Shown here: positions 62,048-64,000 of the stretch, one piece after another
Layout: each line of letters opens with the position of its first letter
Position numbering within the stretch: the stretch's first letter is position 1
Source: the human T2T-CHM13v2.0 reference genome, Homo sapiens
DNA length: 64,000 bases
Assembly (NCBI RefSeq): GCF_009914755.1
Contig: NC_060925.1
Strand: one strand, 5' to 3'
Translations under genes and position numbers: made by a program
The notes under the pieces: generated by a model
The model's input: the letters and a program-made list of their open reading frames with translations, nothing else
What the model was told of the DNA's origin: nothing
The model's database searches: none

Positions 62048-64000
62048 CAGGCATATCTCCTTTTATTGCTCTTTATTGCACTTCGCAGACACTGCGTTTT
62101 TTACACATTGAAGGTTTGTGGCAATCCTGCGTCCAGCAAGTCTATTGGAGCCATTTTTTTTTTCAAACAGCATATCCTCACTTTCTTTCTTTGTGTAACA
62201 TTTTGTTAATTTTCATAATATTTTAAACTTTTTAAAAATTATTCTTATACCACTTATGGTGATCTGTGATTTTTGATGTTACTATTGTAATTGTTCGTGT
62301 ACCACGAACCACACTCGTATAAGATGGCAAACTTAATTGACGAATGTTGTACATGTTCTGACTGCTCCACCAATCTGTTCCCCATCTCTCTCACTTTTCT
62401 CAGGCCTCCCTATTCCCTGAGACACAACAATAGTAAAATGAGGACAGGTAATAATCCTACAATGGCCTCTAAGTGTTCAAGCAAAAAGAAGAGTCACACA
62501 TCTCTCATTTTAAATCTGAAGCTAGAAATGATTAAGTTTAGTGAGGAAGGCATGTCAAAAGTACAGACAGGCTGAAAACTAGACCCCTTGAGTTAAATGG
62601 TTAGCAAAGTGATGAATGCAAAGGAAAAGTTCCTGCAGGAAATTAAACATGCTACTCCAGCAAACACATAAATGATAAGAAAGCAAAAGAGCGGTATTGC
62701 TGACCTGGAAAAAGTTTTAGTGGTCTGAATAGAAGAGTAAATCTGCTACTAAATTCCTTTTAGCCAAAACCTCATCCAGAGCAAAGCCCTATCTCTCTTC
62801 AATTACATAAAGGCTGAGAGAGGCAAAAAAGCTTCAGAAGAAAAGTTTAAAGCTAGCAGTGGTTGATTAATGAAGTTTAGAGAAAAAAGCTATAACATAA
62901 ATGTGCAAGGCGAAGCAGCAAATGCTGATGGAGAAGCTACAGCAAGTGATCCAGAAGATCTAGATAAGAGAATTAATGAAAGTGGTGATGCTAAAAGACA
63001 CGTTTTCCAAGTAGATGCAACAGCCTTCTATTTTAGGATACCATCTAGGACTTTCATAACTAAAGAGAAGAAGTCAATGTCTGGCTTCAAAGCTTCAAAG
63101 GACAGGCTGACTCTCTTTTGAGTGGATGCTGCAGCTGGTGACTTTAAGTTGAAGCCAATACTCATTTACCATTCTGAAAATACTAAGGACCTTATGAATT
63201 ATGCTAAATACTCTGTCTTTGCGTTATCAGTGGAACAACAAATCCTGGATTATATCACATCTGTTTATTTCAGAGTTTACTGAATATTTTTAGCCCACTG
63301 TTAAGACCTACTGCTCAGAAAAAAAAAGATTTCTTTCAAAATGTTACTGGTAATTGACAATGTATCTAGTCACCCAAGAGCTCTCATGGATGTGTACAAA
63401 GAGATTAGCGTGGTTTTCATGACTGCTAACACCACATCCATTCTGTAGCCCATGAGTTCAGGAGTAATTTTGACTTTCAAGTCTTATTATTTAAAAAATA
63501 TATTTTGTAAGGCTATAGCTGCCATAGATAGCAATTTCTCTAATGGATCTGGGCAAAGTAAATTGAAAACCTTCTGGATTTGAGACCAGCTAGCCTGGTC
63601 AGCATAGTGAGACCTGGTCTCTACAGAAAAGAAAAATAAAAAAACTTGGCCAAACATAGTGGAAAGGAGTTGCCATTCCAGATGCTATTAAGAACATTTG
63701 GGATTCACAGGAGAAGGTCAAAATATCAACATTAACAGGAGTTTAGAAGAAGTTGACTGCAACCCTCATGGATGACTGAGGAATTCAAGACTTCAGTGGG
63801 AGAAGTCACCACAGATGTGGTGCAAATAACAAGAGAACTAGGATTAGAAGTAGAGCCTGAAGATGTGACTGAATTGCTGCAATCTCATAATAAAACTTAA
63901 ACAGATGAGTTGTTTCTTATGGATAAGCAAAAACAAAAGTGGTTTCTTGAGATGGAATCTACTCCTGGTGAAGAAGCTGAGAACATTGTTGAAATGACCA
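62048..64000 (+). mobile_element. Tigger1 DNA transposon (continues beyond window), transposase disabled
   Basis: TIR caggcatatctccttttattg; ATG at 62462 MASKCSSKKKSHTSLILNLKLEMIK; NVQGEAANADGEA; RTFITKEKKSMSGFKASKDRLTL; multiple stops. Confidence 0.93.
63578..63662 (+). mobile_element. Internal Alu fragment (J-like) inserted in Tigger1
   Basis: tttgagaccagc..catagtgagacc..tctctacagaaaa..cttggccaaacatagtgg; no Alu 5' end and no 3' poly(A). Confidence 0.8.

Noticed and set aside
62291-63121. Transposase-like ORFs as a domesticated TIGD-type gene
   Set aside because: An ordinary Tigger1 copy broken by stops (e.g. TGA at about 62573), frameshifts and, further downstream, an Alu fragment.

Overview
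Primate genomic DNA, most likely human or great ape (AluY/S/J copies and a HERV-H LTR7-type LTR). It is AT-rich with no CpG island and reads as intergenic or deep-intronic. I find no credible protein-coding exon. The longer ORFs in the track are Alu read-through or decayed L1/Tigger1 coding sequence; the rest look like chance ORFs. Well over half the window is interspersed repeat: about 25 Alus, several L1 fragments, L2/MIR, MaLR and ERV LTRs, and DNA transposons (Tigger1/2/3, MER5, MER53, MER58, three Zaphod/MER115 copies). The notable items are: (i) an intact solo HERV-H LTR7(B/C-type) with six SOX-core tandem repeats, next to a second co-oriented solo ERV1 LTR and pointing toward candidate minus-strand non-coding exons; (ii) a perfect palindromic 4-unit heat-shock element; (iii) a 34-nt tail-less U2 snRNA retrocopy; (iv) several repair scars, including an Alu mid-fragment inside Tigger1, an LTR-L1 microhomology deletion and a templated insertion in an Alu; (v) a head-to-head Alu pair only 12 bp apart. 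Repeat family names come from recalled consensus sequences, not from a search, and boundaries of old elements are approximate. I cannot support a new multi-gene biological system here.
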